Of a stretch of 64,000 nucleotides of DNA, positions 45,557-58,439 are shown piece by piece. Under the pieces are notes generated by a model. That model had not been told where the DNA came from, made no database searches, and saw nothing but the letters and a program-made list of their open reading frames with translations. The stretch is taken from contig NC_134028.1 of assembly GCF_964204645.1 (NCBI RefSeq), positions 16,561,653 to 16,625,652 on the forward strand, written 5' to 3'. The position numbers were made by a program, and so were the translations under genes. Positions within the stretch are counted from its first letter, which is position 1. Each line of letters begins with the position of its first letter. Source of the stretch: Tubulanus polymorphus (taxonomy: Eukaryota > Animalia > Nemertea).

Positions 45557-48500
45557 ATCCATACATTAAATTTGTAGGGATGAGTATGATGTAACCTTCA
45601 TTGTAATCGCTGCATTTGATTTTGCAAACTGGTAGTCAAGTGCACCTTCTTACGTAATTTACGTAATTTTATATACTGACTAATGACTTTAGAGAATCTG
45701 TCTACAGTCATATAATTGTTTTTTGTCCGTTATTTAAAAATAGGGCAACAGTGATACCTTATGCTACGTAATGCTTTATTTTAATTTTCATATGATTAGG
45801 CCTACTTAATTTTGTAAGACGTTTTGAAGTTGCATCTGACCCTATATACATGTATTATTATTTAGGGTTCCTGAACTTCGCTGAAAAAGCTGAAACGCTG
45901 AAATAAAGCGCTGAAATAAAGCAACTGAAATTTCAGGGAATTGCCGAAAAACGCTGAAATCGTGCTAGAAACCGACAATACACGTTTTGTTGTTTCTTCC
46001 AGGCTGCTGTCTAGTCCTGAACCGTGCTTTAGTCTTTACCTTGATTAGGTAAAGACTAAGAAGAAATAACAAAACGTGAAAAGTCGTATTACTATTGTAA
46101 ACCTAAAAATGTGAAAAGTCGTATTACTATTGTAAATTGTAAATATGGCTGAATAACGGTGATTCTCCTTGTTAATGTTGATACACCGGTCACAATCCTC
46201 TCTTTAATCGTTATCTATTAAAATACTTGAGTAAGGCCCTGGCGAGAGAACGTGTCCGTGCACGAATCCGAATGAATAAACTGAAATACCGGATGATAAT
46301 ATTGAAGATAATACATTTTATTTACCTTGAACCTGAGAATGATTTCCTAATCCCTATTATATGAATCCCTATCGTTCCGAAGCTTCTCCTGTCCTGCTGT
46401 CGACACTCGTCTTACTAAGGTACAGATTCTCCCGATTGACTGCTCTCTCAAGATGCGGGTCCCTTTTATAGAAAGAATCGGCATTCTTAAAATACCGACT
46501 CTCCCACTCGACTTTTGGCAAGGAGCAGCAACCTTACTGTCATGACTGTTTTGGTCATATAGAATTTGGCCTTAATGATTCGCTGATCTAAAATTATTTT
46601 CAAAACTGATTTGCTAAACTAACTTTTTCCTTCCAACCCTCCTGTCATGACGCGTTGTGATTTACTCACTCCTTGCTAGTCGTTGTTGAGAGAGCAGCTA
46701 TTGTCTGTGAATTACCAACGAGCGCATACAGACAACAGAAACTTCAGACAGCTAGTTTTAACATTTAACACAAATTAATTTTTTTCTAAAACATTAGCGG
46801 TTATTAACAATTTGTTCTTAAACAACATCTAGATTACTCAAATTAAATATCTTTTCAAAACTTTGTTTTCTTTTCTAATTACAGTACAAATTCATTGTTT
46901 CTTTTTTGATTATTATAATTAACTACGATTCGGAATACATTGTGATTGATTATCAATTCTTAAATTATTTGAAATACTTATACTAATTATTTTATCTACA
47001 ATTTAACTAATTCTATTTTAATACAGGATAAGCAAAACAACCACATCTTCCTAAACTTCCGGTTTTTCCTTTTACGGAAAGTAGCCGGGAATATCATCAA
47101 GTATCAGCGTGATCCCTTCACGAGCCTCATTATAAATACACTCCATTGTTCCGACCCAACCAAATATGGTTCCAACTATTTAAAAGTTTTATATAAAGAT
47201 TTTCTGAATGTTTGCCAGATCTCACAGCAGAAGAACCGAGAAAGAATTGTTGTTTATAGACTGATTTATGGTTTGCGTTGGTAGATGAAAGCATCAAACA
47301 AGAACTTTCGTAATTCTTACTACTAGTACGTTCTTGTCTGACGGCTTTAGCGTAACCCCCACGCATACGGAAACAACATTAAGAACATTTCTAAATACTA
47401 CGAAACATTTTCAGTTACTACGAAAATCTAGCTGTGGATCAACACTCCCTATCCAGTTTAAATTTCGTCCCGAAATTTTGAATTAAAACCAACTCGTGAA
47501 TATCCCGCTGATACCTCTAGAACAAATCCTGAAAAAGAACATTAGTAAACAATTCATTATAACGAGTATCTATTTCTTAGAGTTCGACACTACAACGCAT
47601 ATTAAAGTTCATGATATAGTTTATCATAAAACCGCATTTAAAGTTCTGGATACCCAATCGGAAAAAAGTTCATTCGAGACCGCTGTCCCCGCACACTAAA
47701 CAGTCGAAAGTTAAGCACAAAACAGTTCACAGTTAGAGTTTAGAATTTACCGCGAAGTGACGCAACAGCTACCAGACACAACAAGGTACGTCATGGACGG
47801 ACGAATGACGTCATCAACCGCAGTTCCTCGGAGCGCGTACTGCTACGTTGATAGTACGGCAAAACGCATTTATGTTCAGCTGATACTTGCTCGCTATTCA
47901 TAGACGCTATAGTACTACGGTTACTATATCGGAGTCTTTTCTCCACAGTTAATATAGAAACGGAACAGTAATGTATTCGCATCTTACGGCTTGAGCGAAC
48001 AACATTCCATCGAATGTTAATGTAACTACACGGGAGCCATCTTGAACACACTCGACTTTACTCCGTTAAAATGTCTACGGAAATTATCACTTTTCTTCAT
48101 ATTTCGTATCGCATTGGCCAGGTGTCTTTGTCCACCCTTCATCACTTAAGTTTGTGAGTATATAACAGGTCTTCGAGAGTGACAAACACCACTAACAATG
48201 GCCAGAATCGCATGACTAATCATCGAGCATGATTCCATCCCGTTAAAACCAGCGCCCAAAGTTCGCTGTTGTATGTCGTATATTCGCTCCGTTTCTTCGT
48301 TATTTGACGAATCGGCAAATTAATATCACTCATCTCGACCAGAGCATACCAGTTGCTGGTTTATCATACTATCAGTTGCGTCGAATAGAGTTTCAGGATA
48401 CCTCCCAACAAGTCCCCATCTCCATATGGTCACTATCAGGGGGGTACCCGTCAACATCTATTGCGGTTGACAGAAGAAGACATTCTTCCATCGTAGTGCT

Positions 48501-48842
48501 GTCATATCCCGACGGTCTCATCTTCACAAATCCGATAAGGGTACCTTGCAATCAAATAAAAACACAGAGATTATATAAAAATTTCATAACTCTTTCTTTT
48601 CTAACTGACAATCAAAAACCAATATCACGACAATCAAGCTATTATTCACTTTTATTTATGGTTGTCTTTATCTCCTATATTAGATTAAACCCAGATCAGG
48701 AGTTAACTCATTGGCAACAATGCGTTATATATACTTCAGTTTCACAACACTTATGTAATTATATTTCGATAACTTACTGAAGAGACGCTTACCGTATACA
48801 ATTCATAATTTTCAATAGGACGTATGCATCTTGATCCAAACT

Positions 48843-50834
48843 CTAAATAATTCGATTATACTTACAAATTTCGTCTGACGTCTGAGGGTCTTCCACATGT
48901 GTGATAGACACCTCCGGTGGCCGAGGAAGCTGTCCTGACTTCGCCTCTGTTTTGAGTGATCGGTCAAGTGACCACCCATCTGTCCACGAATCACTACGAC
49001 ACGTATCTTCAAAGAGGGTGACGAATCGTGACGTAGGGTTCGTGACTCGAAGCCTATGCCTTGATGGCATGACGCTAACAACTGACCTTGCGCTCATGAG
49101 ATCACGCATTCTCAAATAAAGTACAGGCTCAAAGGCTGCAATCGATGACTGAGACTTGTCAATTAGCCACTTACGGTCTACGGTGACATCGCATGAAGGG
49201 GGAATAACAGTCATACGCGTGACTTTAACCGACGAAGATTTCCCCAAAATGACATCATTACTAAAGTAAATTATGTCGGCGCCTGGCAACAAGAGAGCCT
49301 TTTTAGCATAATCGATAACTGCCTGGTTTTGTTCTAAGAAATCAGCTCCAAGAATTACATCGGACGTGATACCGTCTACCACGTACATAGAGTGCGTAAT
49401 TTCCAAATTGCCTAACACAAAATCCACAGAAATAACTCCTCTCAGGTCAAATTTAGTTCCATCTACCCCACGGGCAGATTGGAATTGACCGACCTGCAAA
49501 GGGCCATTTGATATCTGAGGATGAGTCGTAAAATAATCGTTCGATATTACAAAGATTTCGGCGCCCGTTTCGATCAAAATACTTAACGGTGTCCCCGAAT
49601 GGCTACCTGTCACTCGGTTAGCGACAGTTGCCATGATTGACGGGGAATAAACCTCTTGTTCAATAGGATTATTATGACTAGAAAGAGACCCTATGTCGTT
49701 GGTTGGCGTGTTACCTAAAGTCGTCGTAATAAGTGGAAGTTGTTCATGACAGTGAATAGTTGGTTGACAATCGGAGTTCGAATCTCCTATCCCAACATTT
49801 TCGTTGATTGGCATATTCGGTTTAGACGTGAGGACAACTTGACCTCTGTCCTGTTCATGGGACATTCCATCCCCAACTGGATGGTGGAAACTGCTGGCAT
49901 TTGAGGTGACAGGAAAGTGCTGTCCTCTTTCAAACGAGTGACACAAATTCTCCGACATTGACTCCTGACTAGATATCTTTGACAAAATAGTTTCCATATT
50001 ACTCTGATCATTAAGACATTCCGATCGTGAATTATTACTACTACTTGAACCTGATGACACAAGATCACATTGTATTGCTGATTCGGAGGTTGCTGGGTAC
50101 CTATACTGATCAAAAGCGCCTTCGTGACAATCTAAATGAGACTTCCTATCTCTAAAAAGGTCATCTTCTGCCGAATCCGTCGGACCATTGACCCCTCTAG
50201 GGTGTGACCTATCAATACTAATATTGTCACCCGAGCACGCCATATCAGCACGTACCTCCTGCAATTTAACCGGATCGCTAAACGTAACCCTCCTGTGTCT
50301 TTTTATATGCTCGTAAGTAGCCGACAACTGGGAATTGTCCCTCCAGATGTCCTCAAAATTGGATCCCTGATCCATATAAAAATTTCCATCTAACGACAAC
50401 TGGGAATTGTCCCTCCAGCTATCCCCAAAGTTACGATCTTGAATGTCATAAACGTCATCAGCACCCCATGAAGGAGTGTGATGGCCGGCAAACCTATCTA
50501 AATTCAGAGACTCATTGTTATGAAAGTAATACGCAGTACAATTTTCCTCAGGTCCAAAATAATCGTCAACTGAATCAGCTAGCATGTCGCCCTGATCAAA
50601 TGACATGTCAAATATATCATCCCTATCGTCCTCTAAATAATCATCATCATCATCATCATCAAAAATATAATCATCAATTACCGGACTGTCATCATCATAA
50701 CTATGATAACCCGAATATGTGTCATCCCACCAATAATCACTCCTTATTAACGAGTCCGGCGAGGGCTCAGTTGACCATTCATTGCGCGACCCCACCCTTA
50801 TCGGTCCATAGGATGAGGTCTCCGGTCGTTTCCC
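48843..50834 (-). CDS. pol: Pol N-terminus reached by -1 frameshift: long acidic low-complexity region then retropepsin (catalytic DTG reads ETG)
   Basis: LSILIETGAEIFVIS ... DVILGADFL. Confidence 0.75.
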   Translation of the reverse strand, partial: GKRPETSSYGPIRVGSRNEWSTEPSPDSLIRSDYWWDDTYSGYHSYDDDSPVIDDYIFDDDDDDDYLEDDRDDIFDMSFDQGDMLADSVDDYFGPEENCTAYYFHNNESLNLDRFAGHHTPSWGADDVYDIQDRNFGDSWRDNSQLSLDGNFYMDQGSNFEDIWRDNSQLSATYEHIKRHRRVTFSDPVKLQEVRADMACSGDNISIDRSHPRGVNGPTDSAEDDLFRDRKSHLDCHEGAFDQYRYPATSESAIQCDLVSSGSSSSNNSRSECLNDQSNMETILSKISSQESMSENLCHSFERGQHFPVTSNASSFHHPVGDGMSHEQDRGQVVLTSKPNMPINENVGIGDSNSDCQPTIHCHEQLPLITTTLGNTPTNDIGSLSSHNNPIEQEVYSPSIMATVANRVTGSHSGTPLSILIETGAEIFVISNDYFTTHPQISNGPLQVGQFQSARGVDGTKFDLRGVISVDFVLGNLEITHSMYVVDGITSDVILGADFLEQNQAVIDYAKKALLLPGADIIYFSNDVILGKSSSVKVTRMTVIPPSCDVTVDRKWLIDKSQSSIAAFEPVLYLRMRDLMSARSVVSVMPSRHRLRVTNPTSRFVTLFEDTCRSDSWTDGWSLDRSLKTEAKSGQLPRPPEVSITHVEDPQTSDEICKYNRII
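50795..50834 (-). promoter_or_regulatory. -1 programmed ribosomal frameshift signal (slippery site plus stem-loop reaching to ~50788)
   Basis: G GGA AAC in the gag frame (50828-50834), 7-nt spacer, 11-bp stem GACCTCATCCT/AGGGTGGGGTC; pol is in the -1 frame. Confidence 0.8.
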
Positions 50835-51640
50835 TGACCAAATGTTCGATTAGCCCCTTGGGAGCCACGCCCAATATTCTGTGGCCGAAACTGACCCCTA
50901 CTAGCATTTTGGGGACGGCGATTATCACGCTGAAATGCGTCCCGGTTTGGTGACCTTTGTTGGTCGTAACGCCACGTCGGGCAATTCCTGGCGTAATGAC
51001 CAGGGGCGTGACATTGAAAGCACACCACCTGGCCATCCTGTGACCTTTGTAACGGGCGGCTTTCGCTATAAAATGTGGCTCTATCATTCCGCTGAGTACG
51101 GGTAGACTTCTGGATGTCCATAATTTGGCGGAACATGTCCCGTAATTCAGCCATAACATCACCCATCGCGTTATTTGGTTCGGTCCCAATTTGCGATACC
51201 TTGGGAGACGAAAGAGCTTTACGTTGTTCGATATGCTCCGCCATTCTGGCTGCCTCCCATGCATCCCTGAATGTCGTCGGACGCTGTGACAACAGGTAGA
51301 CAGAGATGTCAGGGCGAGAGTTGTTAATTAGTAACATCTTTTTCTGGTGGTCCGAAAATTTCAAACTCGAGGCCACACGATCAATCTCTTCCGCAAACCT
51401 ATCGACCGGTTGTGTCTCCCCCTGTCGCATCGTCGTCAAAGCCGACTCCTTGACCAAAGCCCACGAGGTGGGGCTAAATTGCGCGCAAAACGCACGGACA
51501 ATATTTTCCCAGGGAGTGACAACTTTGCCACCGGTCGCATCGGTTCCCTGATCAATTCGAAGATCATTAAATAAGATTAGGGCCGGGCCAGCCAAAAACC
51601 AATACAACTGTTTCTTTTTAGCGTCATCGTTCCAACCCCT
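50798..51640 (-). CDS. gag: Gag (5'-truncated) with CCHC zinc knuckle
   Basis: MRQGETQPVDRF MHR-like segment; CFQCHAPGHYARNC. Confidence 0.88.
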   Translation of the reverse strand, partial: RGWNDDAKKKQLYWFLAGPALILFNDLRIDQGTDATGGKVVTPWENIVRAFCAQFSPTSWALVKESALTTMRQGETQPVDRFAEEIDRVASSLKFSDHQKKMLLINNSRPDISVYLLSQRPTTFRDAWEAARMAEHIEQRKALSSPKVSQIGTEPNNAMGDVMAELRDMFRQIMDIQKSTRTQRNDRATFYSESRPLQRSQDGQVVCFQCHAPGHYARNCPTWRYDQQRSPNRDAFQRDNRRPQNASRGQFRPQNIGRGSQGANRTFGQGNDRRPHPMDR

Positions 51641-52120
51641 TATTATTTGAAATACTTATACTAATTATTTTATCTACAATTTAACTAATTCTATTTTAAT
51701 ACAGGATAAGCAAAACAACCACATCTTCCTAAACTTCCGGTTTTTCCTTTTACGGAAAGTAGCCGGGAATATCATCAAGTATCAGCGTGATCCCTTCACG
51801 AGCCTCATTATAAATACACTCCATTGTTCCGACCCAACCAAATATGGTTCCAACTATTTAAAAGTTTTATTTAAAGATTTTCTGAATGTTTGCCAGATCT
51901 CACAGCAGAAGAACCGAGAAAGAATTGTTGTTTATAGACTGATTTATGGTTTGCGTTGGTAGATGAAAGCATCAAACAAGAACTTTCGTAATTCTTACTA
52001 CTAGTACGTTCTTGTCTGACGGCTTTAGCGTAACCCCCACGCATACGGAAACAACATTAAGAACATTTCTAAATACTACGAAACATTTTCAGTTACTACG
52101 AAAATCTAGCTGTGGATCAA

Positions 52121-55120
52121 TGTTTATATGAACTGTGATACCTGGAATACTCAAAATGCTAACGAATACCGTATGTTACTAAATGGAATTATACACTTAG
52201 CTGATTATCATTGCATTGATAAAATTATGATTGGTAGAGATTTCAACACTGATTTTGGACGCTCCTGTTCTCTACACACGCGCCATCTATTAGATTTTAT
52301 CAAGAATGAATCGTTATGTAGTCCCCTTCTATCTGATATTAGTCAAGTTCAATTCACGTTTTTAAGCAGTTGCAATGGGGCTAAATCAACTATTGACCAT
52401 TTTATCTTGTCAGAAAACCTCTTTAACTATGTTAATAGCCACAAAACATTAAACGACCCTGACAATTTTTCTGACCATTTACATTTGTCCATGAGGTTTC
52501 ACTTAGTTGTGAATATTATCTTGATAATGATACTACCAATATTTTAACGAAAAATAACTGGAAGAAAGCTACTGTATACCATTCAGATAACTACCGACAG
52601 TTTTTAGAATATAGGTTAAATAGTATTTCTATCACTCCTGATATTGCTTCTTGTCAAGACCCTAAATGTCAGCAACACTATCAATGTATTGAAATCTATC
52701 ATGACAGTATCGTTAAAGCTTGCATTGATGCCGCTAACAAATGTATCCCATGCAAATTTAGAAAAACATGTATGCCTGGATGGAATGCTATTGTTAAAGC
52801 CCATAGACAAAAGGCAATATTCTGGCACAACTTATGGAAAGACAATAACTGTCCAACAATTGGTCCAGTATTTGAAATTAAAAAAAAAATACACGTAAGA
52901 GATACCATGACATTGTTCGTACCACAAAACGCCAAGAAAATTTTATTGCTGATAACATTGCCACCGCCTTTACCCTCAATAACGAAAGAAATCTCTGGTC
53001 CGAAATACAAAAAAATCAGAAAAACTCGCGGTAACTGCAAGAAATTACCTAACATCGATAACACTTATGGGGATGCAAATATCGCTAATTTATTTGCTAA
53101 AAATATCAAGAACTATATACATCTCTCCCATACAGTGATGACGATGAAACTGACATATTGTCCAAAATAGAAAAGAAAATGGGTCTAACCATGATCCTGA
53201 CTATTTTCTAATTTCACACGATGAATTACTGAAGGCCATGGCTAAGCTTAAATGCGGTAAATCTGACGGGTCGATGGGTTTGACAACAGATCACCTATAT
53301 CACGCACCAGTATTGCTCACTCGGCACATTTTGAATCTTTACAATATTATGCTGCGTAATAACTACAAACCCAAGAATATGAATCTGATAACGGTCAATC
53401 CCATAGTTAAAGATAAACGTAAATCTCATCGTAACTCTGATAATTATCGTGCTATTGCTTTAAACAGTCCGCTTAGTAAATTACTCGACTGGATAATCAT
53501 AAACAAATGTAACAGAAGCCTCCAAACTAGCAATATGCAATTTGGATTCAAAAGTGGTCACTCCCACAACTAAATGCACGTTTATCGTTAATGAAGTAAT
53601 CAATTACTATAATAGAAGAAGATCTAATGTATATGATGTTCTACTGGACGCAAGTCGTGCTTTCGACCGTGTTCATTATCCAACTCTTTTCAATACACTA
53701 TTGAAACGAGGAATGTGTCCTAGAATGGTTAAATTCATTTTCAGTTCTTATCGGAAACAAGTCATGAGGGTCAGATGGAACCAGTCGTTCTCTGTGGAAT
53801 TTTCTATTATGAATGGAGTAAAACAAGGGGGCGTGATTTCTCCTTTACTTTTTACCGTTTACATTTATAACTTACTTCTTAAATTACGTAATCGAGGTCT
53901 TGGTTGTCATATAGCCAGAGAGTTTTTTGGTGCGTTTGAATATGCCGATTATTTAACTTTACTTGCGCCCAGTAGAACAGCAATGACACAAATGTTAAAA
54001 ATTTGCGAAAAGTTTGCAAAAGATTATAATGTTGCCTTCAATCCCAGTAAATAAGAATTCGTATATTTCCCATGTGATAATGATCCCCGTAAAAATTTAT
54101 TCCAACTATTGATTTCCAAGGTCAAAAGTTAAAACTATCACAGAATGCTAAACACTTAGGCTCATTCATAGGACACAACTCCCTAAAGCTTTCTATTGAT
54201 AACCGTATCAATGATTTTAAAGAACTTATTATAAAGAACCAGAGTTATATCAAGTTACCATTTAAAACTAATGTTGTTATAAATGTACAAAATGAAGATG
54301 ATAAATGTAGACATGCATTCATTTTTATAGCGCATTCTGTAGATTTTGAATTTAAATCCATACAACCATATATTAGATATAGACTATTTAAAACTTACTG
54401 TATGAGTGTTTACGGTAGTACTCTGTGGAATCTGGACAGTCCCTTAGTAAAATCTTTCTATGTTACGTGGAGAAAAACCATCAGAAAAGTCTTAAATATC
54501 CCATACAGAACGCACTCAAATCTTTTGCCTTTAATTTGTGATGACAATCCAATTCATATGCAACTCCAACAGAGGACTGTCAATTTTTTACGTTCAGTTT
54601 GTCTGAGCACAAACAGGCTTCAACGTATATGTGGCTTTTTAGTACTCAATGGAAGTGGATCAGCAGTGTGTGATACCATTAATCTCATCAGTTACTCTTT
54701 ACCCAAACGCACTGTAATTAACTCCGATCTTTCCTGTTATATACATACTCCAGATCGATTGTTAATGTTAAGTGATGCCATCAAAGATTTTCTCTGTCTT
54801 CGTCATGAAAGCATACGATCAAATGGTCTGGGCATTACTTCTGATGAAATTAATGATATTGTTCACACTTTAGCGGTAGAAATGTAATATTTTTCATAAT
54901 GTCAAAGTCTATTATTTTCCTCAAAATAATGTATATGTTATTATCAAAATGATTAATTCATGATAATAGTTGAAACCACCGCTCTTAAATAATTACCTAA
55001 TGTCTATGTTCCTTGGCCCCTAGGCCATTGATCTAAATAGTAAAAATATGCGTTTTTGCCTTCTTACTTTTCTATTTTTCAACTTGTAACATTGTTACGA
55101 ATAAAGATATATATATATTA
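52121..55120 (+). mobile_element. Decayed CR1/L2-group LINE (APE endonuclease plus RT)
   Basis: GRDFNTD, STIDHF, SDHL; NYRAIAL, QFGFK, LDASRAFDRV, GVKQGGVISPLLF, YADY (from YADD); AATAAA followed by an (AT)n tail at ~55100-55118. Confidence 0.88.
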
Positions 55121-55187
55121 ATAATGGAGACAACATAAATGAAATTGGGCATTCAATTTTTTTTTAATAGGTTTTCAGGATTTTTTC

Positions 55188-55442
55188 CGTGCAGAGAAGT
55201 GCACGCAGAACGTACACTCATTGAGTTCATTACACTAAAAGTGCACTTAAAGTGTGCTTTAAAAGAAGTGCACTTTTTTCCAATTCAGTGCAGTATGAGT
55301 GTACTTTTTGAGTGCACTTCAGAATAGACTCAAAGTGCACTTATAAAGTGCACTTTAGGGGAAAGTGCACTTTGTTTCAATTCAGTGCACTTTTGAGTGC
55401 ACTTTAAAATGCACTTCTAAAGTGCACTTAAGGTGCACTTTA
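55188..55442 (+). repeat. Array of palindromic AAGTGCACTT motifs, probably subterminal repeats of a DNA transposon end
   Basis: More than ten GTGCAC-centred copies within 250 bp. Confidence 0.7.
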
Positions 55443-55929
55443 TTTTCATGAAAGGGCATTTTTACGAACGGTCGAATTACTAAATTGAGATCGAAATCAC
55501 GTACACGAAATTGTTTTTTAAAGTAAATCTGATTTAGTAAGATCTACGCGTTTACGACAGCGATTCATTGAATCGATTCAGTCGATCAACTAACTTATTG
55601 CTTCGCTTGGAAGTTATTCGACTGAATCAAATGAAACAAATGAAACAACCTGAAACCAAAATTATTATTTCCAAGCGGAAGGGGGCCTTGCCGAATATAG
55701 CGTTTTCCTTCGTAAACGAACTTTTGAGATTGTTAAGGAGCATTTGTATTAGGAAATTACGTTTTGTTCTAACGGTGATTAAAAAAGGCATGCAACATAC
55801 TCGTCGAACATGCCCATAGCCCTTTTCAAGTTAAAAACAATTGATATTCGAAACATGACGGGTCTGCTCCAATTCTATCAACAGTGCAGCATCCCTACAA
55901 TTACCTGCTTTGAAGCCTGCAGTGAGTTC

Positions 55930-57070
55930 TTGTTTTGACCCGGCCAACTTTTATCATGTAGCACAGTACGCGGACGGGTAGAATATAATAAACACTAAGG
56001 TGCGGATAAAAATAATATAATATATATTTATCGATATGAAATCTACGCTATAAGTCAGGCATTAGAAACAAATATCAAAGAAGAGAAAAAGTATTTCAAT
56101 ATTTCGTCGAAACTATGTTTTTGGTTTGTATTTGAGGGGTGAGTACTGTAACACGATCATGGGTACCTTGACTCTGGAAAGGGAAACATAGAGCATGCCA
56201 TGTGTGAATGGTGAATCCCGGAAGTCCAGTGCAATGTATCTGAATGTTTGGCCCTGTGCTTTGTTAACTGTCATGGCAAAACAGGGGCGTAAGGGAAATT
56301 GGAGACGACGGAACTGGAATGGTGTGACTGTCAATGAATGACGCTCTTTCATACCTTTCAATCCGACAACAATGACAAATCAGGCTATTAAATCTCGGTG
56401 ATTCTTAGAAGAATGGATTGGCACGCTTTTCTTTGTTAAGGAAGTGGCGCAGTGGTGAGCTCGAATACATACAGTAATCTCCACTATTAGATTCCCCAGA
56501 CAGTGGCGAATTCAGGTCACCTGCGTCTCTGTAGAAAAGCAAGCAACAGCCGATGCTCACAGTAGATTCCCCGCGTCTCTGTAGGCAGAGAGATGAATTG
56601 AGGTCATCGGCGTCTCTGTAGTCATGCACGCTATACAAAAACCGAGCAACAGCTGACGCTCAAATGTGTGTTTTGATCATCGCGCGCAGTGACGCCACGC
56701 GGAGCGTCCAAACTTAAATGGTCCAAAAGTCTCTACTATTAGATTCCCTGCGAGGTCACCCGCGACTCTGTAGGCAGAGAGATGAATTGAGGTCATCGGC
56801 GTCTCTGTAGTCGAGCACGCTTTACAAAAACCGAGCAACAGCTGACGCTCAAATATTTGTTTTGATCATCGCGCACAGTGGCGTCACGCGGAGCGTCCAA
56901 ACTTAAATGGTCCAAAAGTCTACCTTAACTTTATCGTATCGGGACGAAATCGATTCTAAAACACAGATCAGACCATCCCCTTTCAATCCATACCACTCAA
57001 CGGGTAATCGAAGCCACACGAACGGAGATTACGCGTTACAAAGTTGACGCCTAGCCGCTTATATTATAGA
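55930..57070 (-). mobile_element. Non-autonomous canonical Helitron remnant with a PIF1 C-terminal fragment and a ~190-bp internal tandem duplication
   Basis: A|TCTATAATATA 5' end; RRLQFPLRPCFAMTVNKAQGQT...FTHGMLYVSLSRV (56113-56361); duplication ~56570-56730 and ~56760-56920; 3' end approximate. Confidence 0.7.
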
Positions 57071-57076
57071 TGTGAG

Positions 57077-57185
57077 GACACACCTGACGATGACCTCTAA
57101 AGTGAGATCGAAACGTCGAGTCTTTTCAATTTTTTGAATAAATTCTCGATTTGATTTTTAACTTTTAATCTAGGGGTTTTATCTT
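57077..57185 (+). ncRNA. Solo Penelope pLTR fragment with a degenerate hammerhead ribozyme
   Basis: CACACCTGACGATGACCTCTAAAGTGAGATCGAAACGTC and downstream AATAAATTCT...GG.TTTTATCTT match 8486-8605. Confidence 0.75.
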
Positions 57186-58439
57186 TCCAACGTTTGTGAA
57201 TCTCCAGGCAGCTGCTTATTTTGAAGATTGCCAAATACATTGTAGGTCACGAGTTCGATCTGCCTAATGAGTTTAGTATTAATAATATGAAGACTAGATT
57301 CTCTCACGCAAGGTCGTGTGTGCTAGCGTAGCGCTCTAAGCAATCGGCCACAAGGCAACTGCCAACGTCGCAACTTTTCTACTAATTATTGCCTTAACCT
57401 AACCTTCCCTATTTTAATGGATCACCTATCCCTAATCCCCTGGACCCTCTAAATCTAACCCCTGGACCCTCTAGGTACTGTAACTGCGATTCAAAAAGCC
57501 GTCATCTTGTATCGACGATCCGACTACGATCTAAAACTATTTTCGGTTATTTAAGATTAATACCGCCAATTTGCAACAATGCTAGATGTGTACTCAACTT
57601 TGAAGTTCGTTAATATTTTCGCAAAATTCAAACATTTCAGGAACTGTGCGCATAAACGCCCCCTCCAAGTTAACTTAAAAATGTGAAGATATCTGGCCTA
57701 GTTTTCATTCTATGGCTTCGTAACTGCAGCATGCCCATTGTCATTCGTAGTTTCGGCGTTGTTTTCTATGCGTGTATTTCAGTATATGCGAGTTATTTTT
57801 CATTTTTACTATATGCCTCCACGGAAAATGGTTTTAATGGTTATTATCATGTTTGAATTTTACGTCATTTATGCAGTATGGACGTCTTGAATTCCATATT
57901 TAGTTATTCGAGTCCGATTTTGAACTAGTGCGTACGGATACATTAGGAATAGTAAGTGATTGACAAGTAAGCCACACCATGTTTAACTGCGACGGTCGTT
58001 GGTTGTGTCGTGGATTACTCTTATTGTATCCGAAAGAAGTCTCAGGTGAGTGTCAGCAATTGGTGTGTATTGTTTATTCCTCATGAATGTACGGAGGGCC
58101 TCTAAATTGTGTGAATAAAGTCCTACTAAAGTGCGAAAGGATTGCGCAATAAAATCACCTTTATCTTGAATCATGTTATATTGCCTTAATTTGAATGAAT
58201 TATTCCTCTTATTAACTGATTTTACATTATACTATTATACTACCTACGGAATATTTCCCATGTCATTATACCATTATATAAAATTACCGAATTAAAGCAA
58301 CAAATAGTACAAATACTCACCGAGTATGCCAATAATTTTAATATTTCCCCATCGACCATGTTGTAATATCTTAACGTGATTCAAAAAATTTTAAAATTAA
58401 TACATGAAACGATGAATACTGATACTTAAACCCGAAAAG

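Larger units (their letters stand above)
27987..45860 (+). mobile_element. Helentron (endonuclease-encoding Helitron); 5' end defined, 3' end approximate and uncertain
   Basis: 5' ATTAGGGTTTTC...GAAAACCCT hairpin at 27987-28018; downstream Rep-PIF1-EN gene and RPA-like gene; 3' terminus not located. Confidence 0.7.
46138..52120 (-). mobile_element. Internally deleted Ty3/Gypsy LTR retrotransposon (3' LTR ~46138-47444, partial 5' LTR 51642-52120; no RT or integrase found)
   Basis: 46964-47442 and 51642-52120 are near-identical; polypurine tract GGATAGGGAG (47445-47454, -) abuts TGTTGATCC; LTR ends ATTTACA; gag and protease lie between. Confidence 0.82.

Noticed and set aside
45862-45960. TAGGGTT start followed by GCTGAAA repeats as the Helentron 3' end
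   Set aside because: Looks more like a separate DNA transposon end; no matching partner found, so the Helentron right boundary stays undefined.
50468-50953. Poly-His ORF on the + strand
   Set aside because: Antisense reading of the (GAT)n poly-Asp tract in the Gypsy pol frame.
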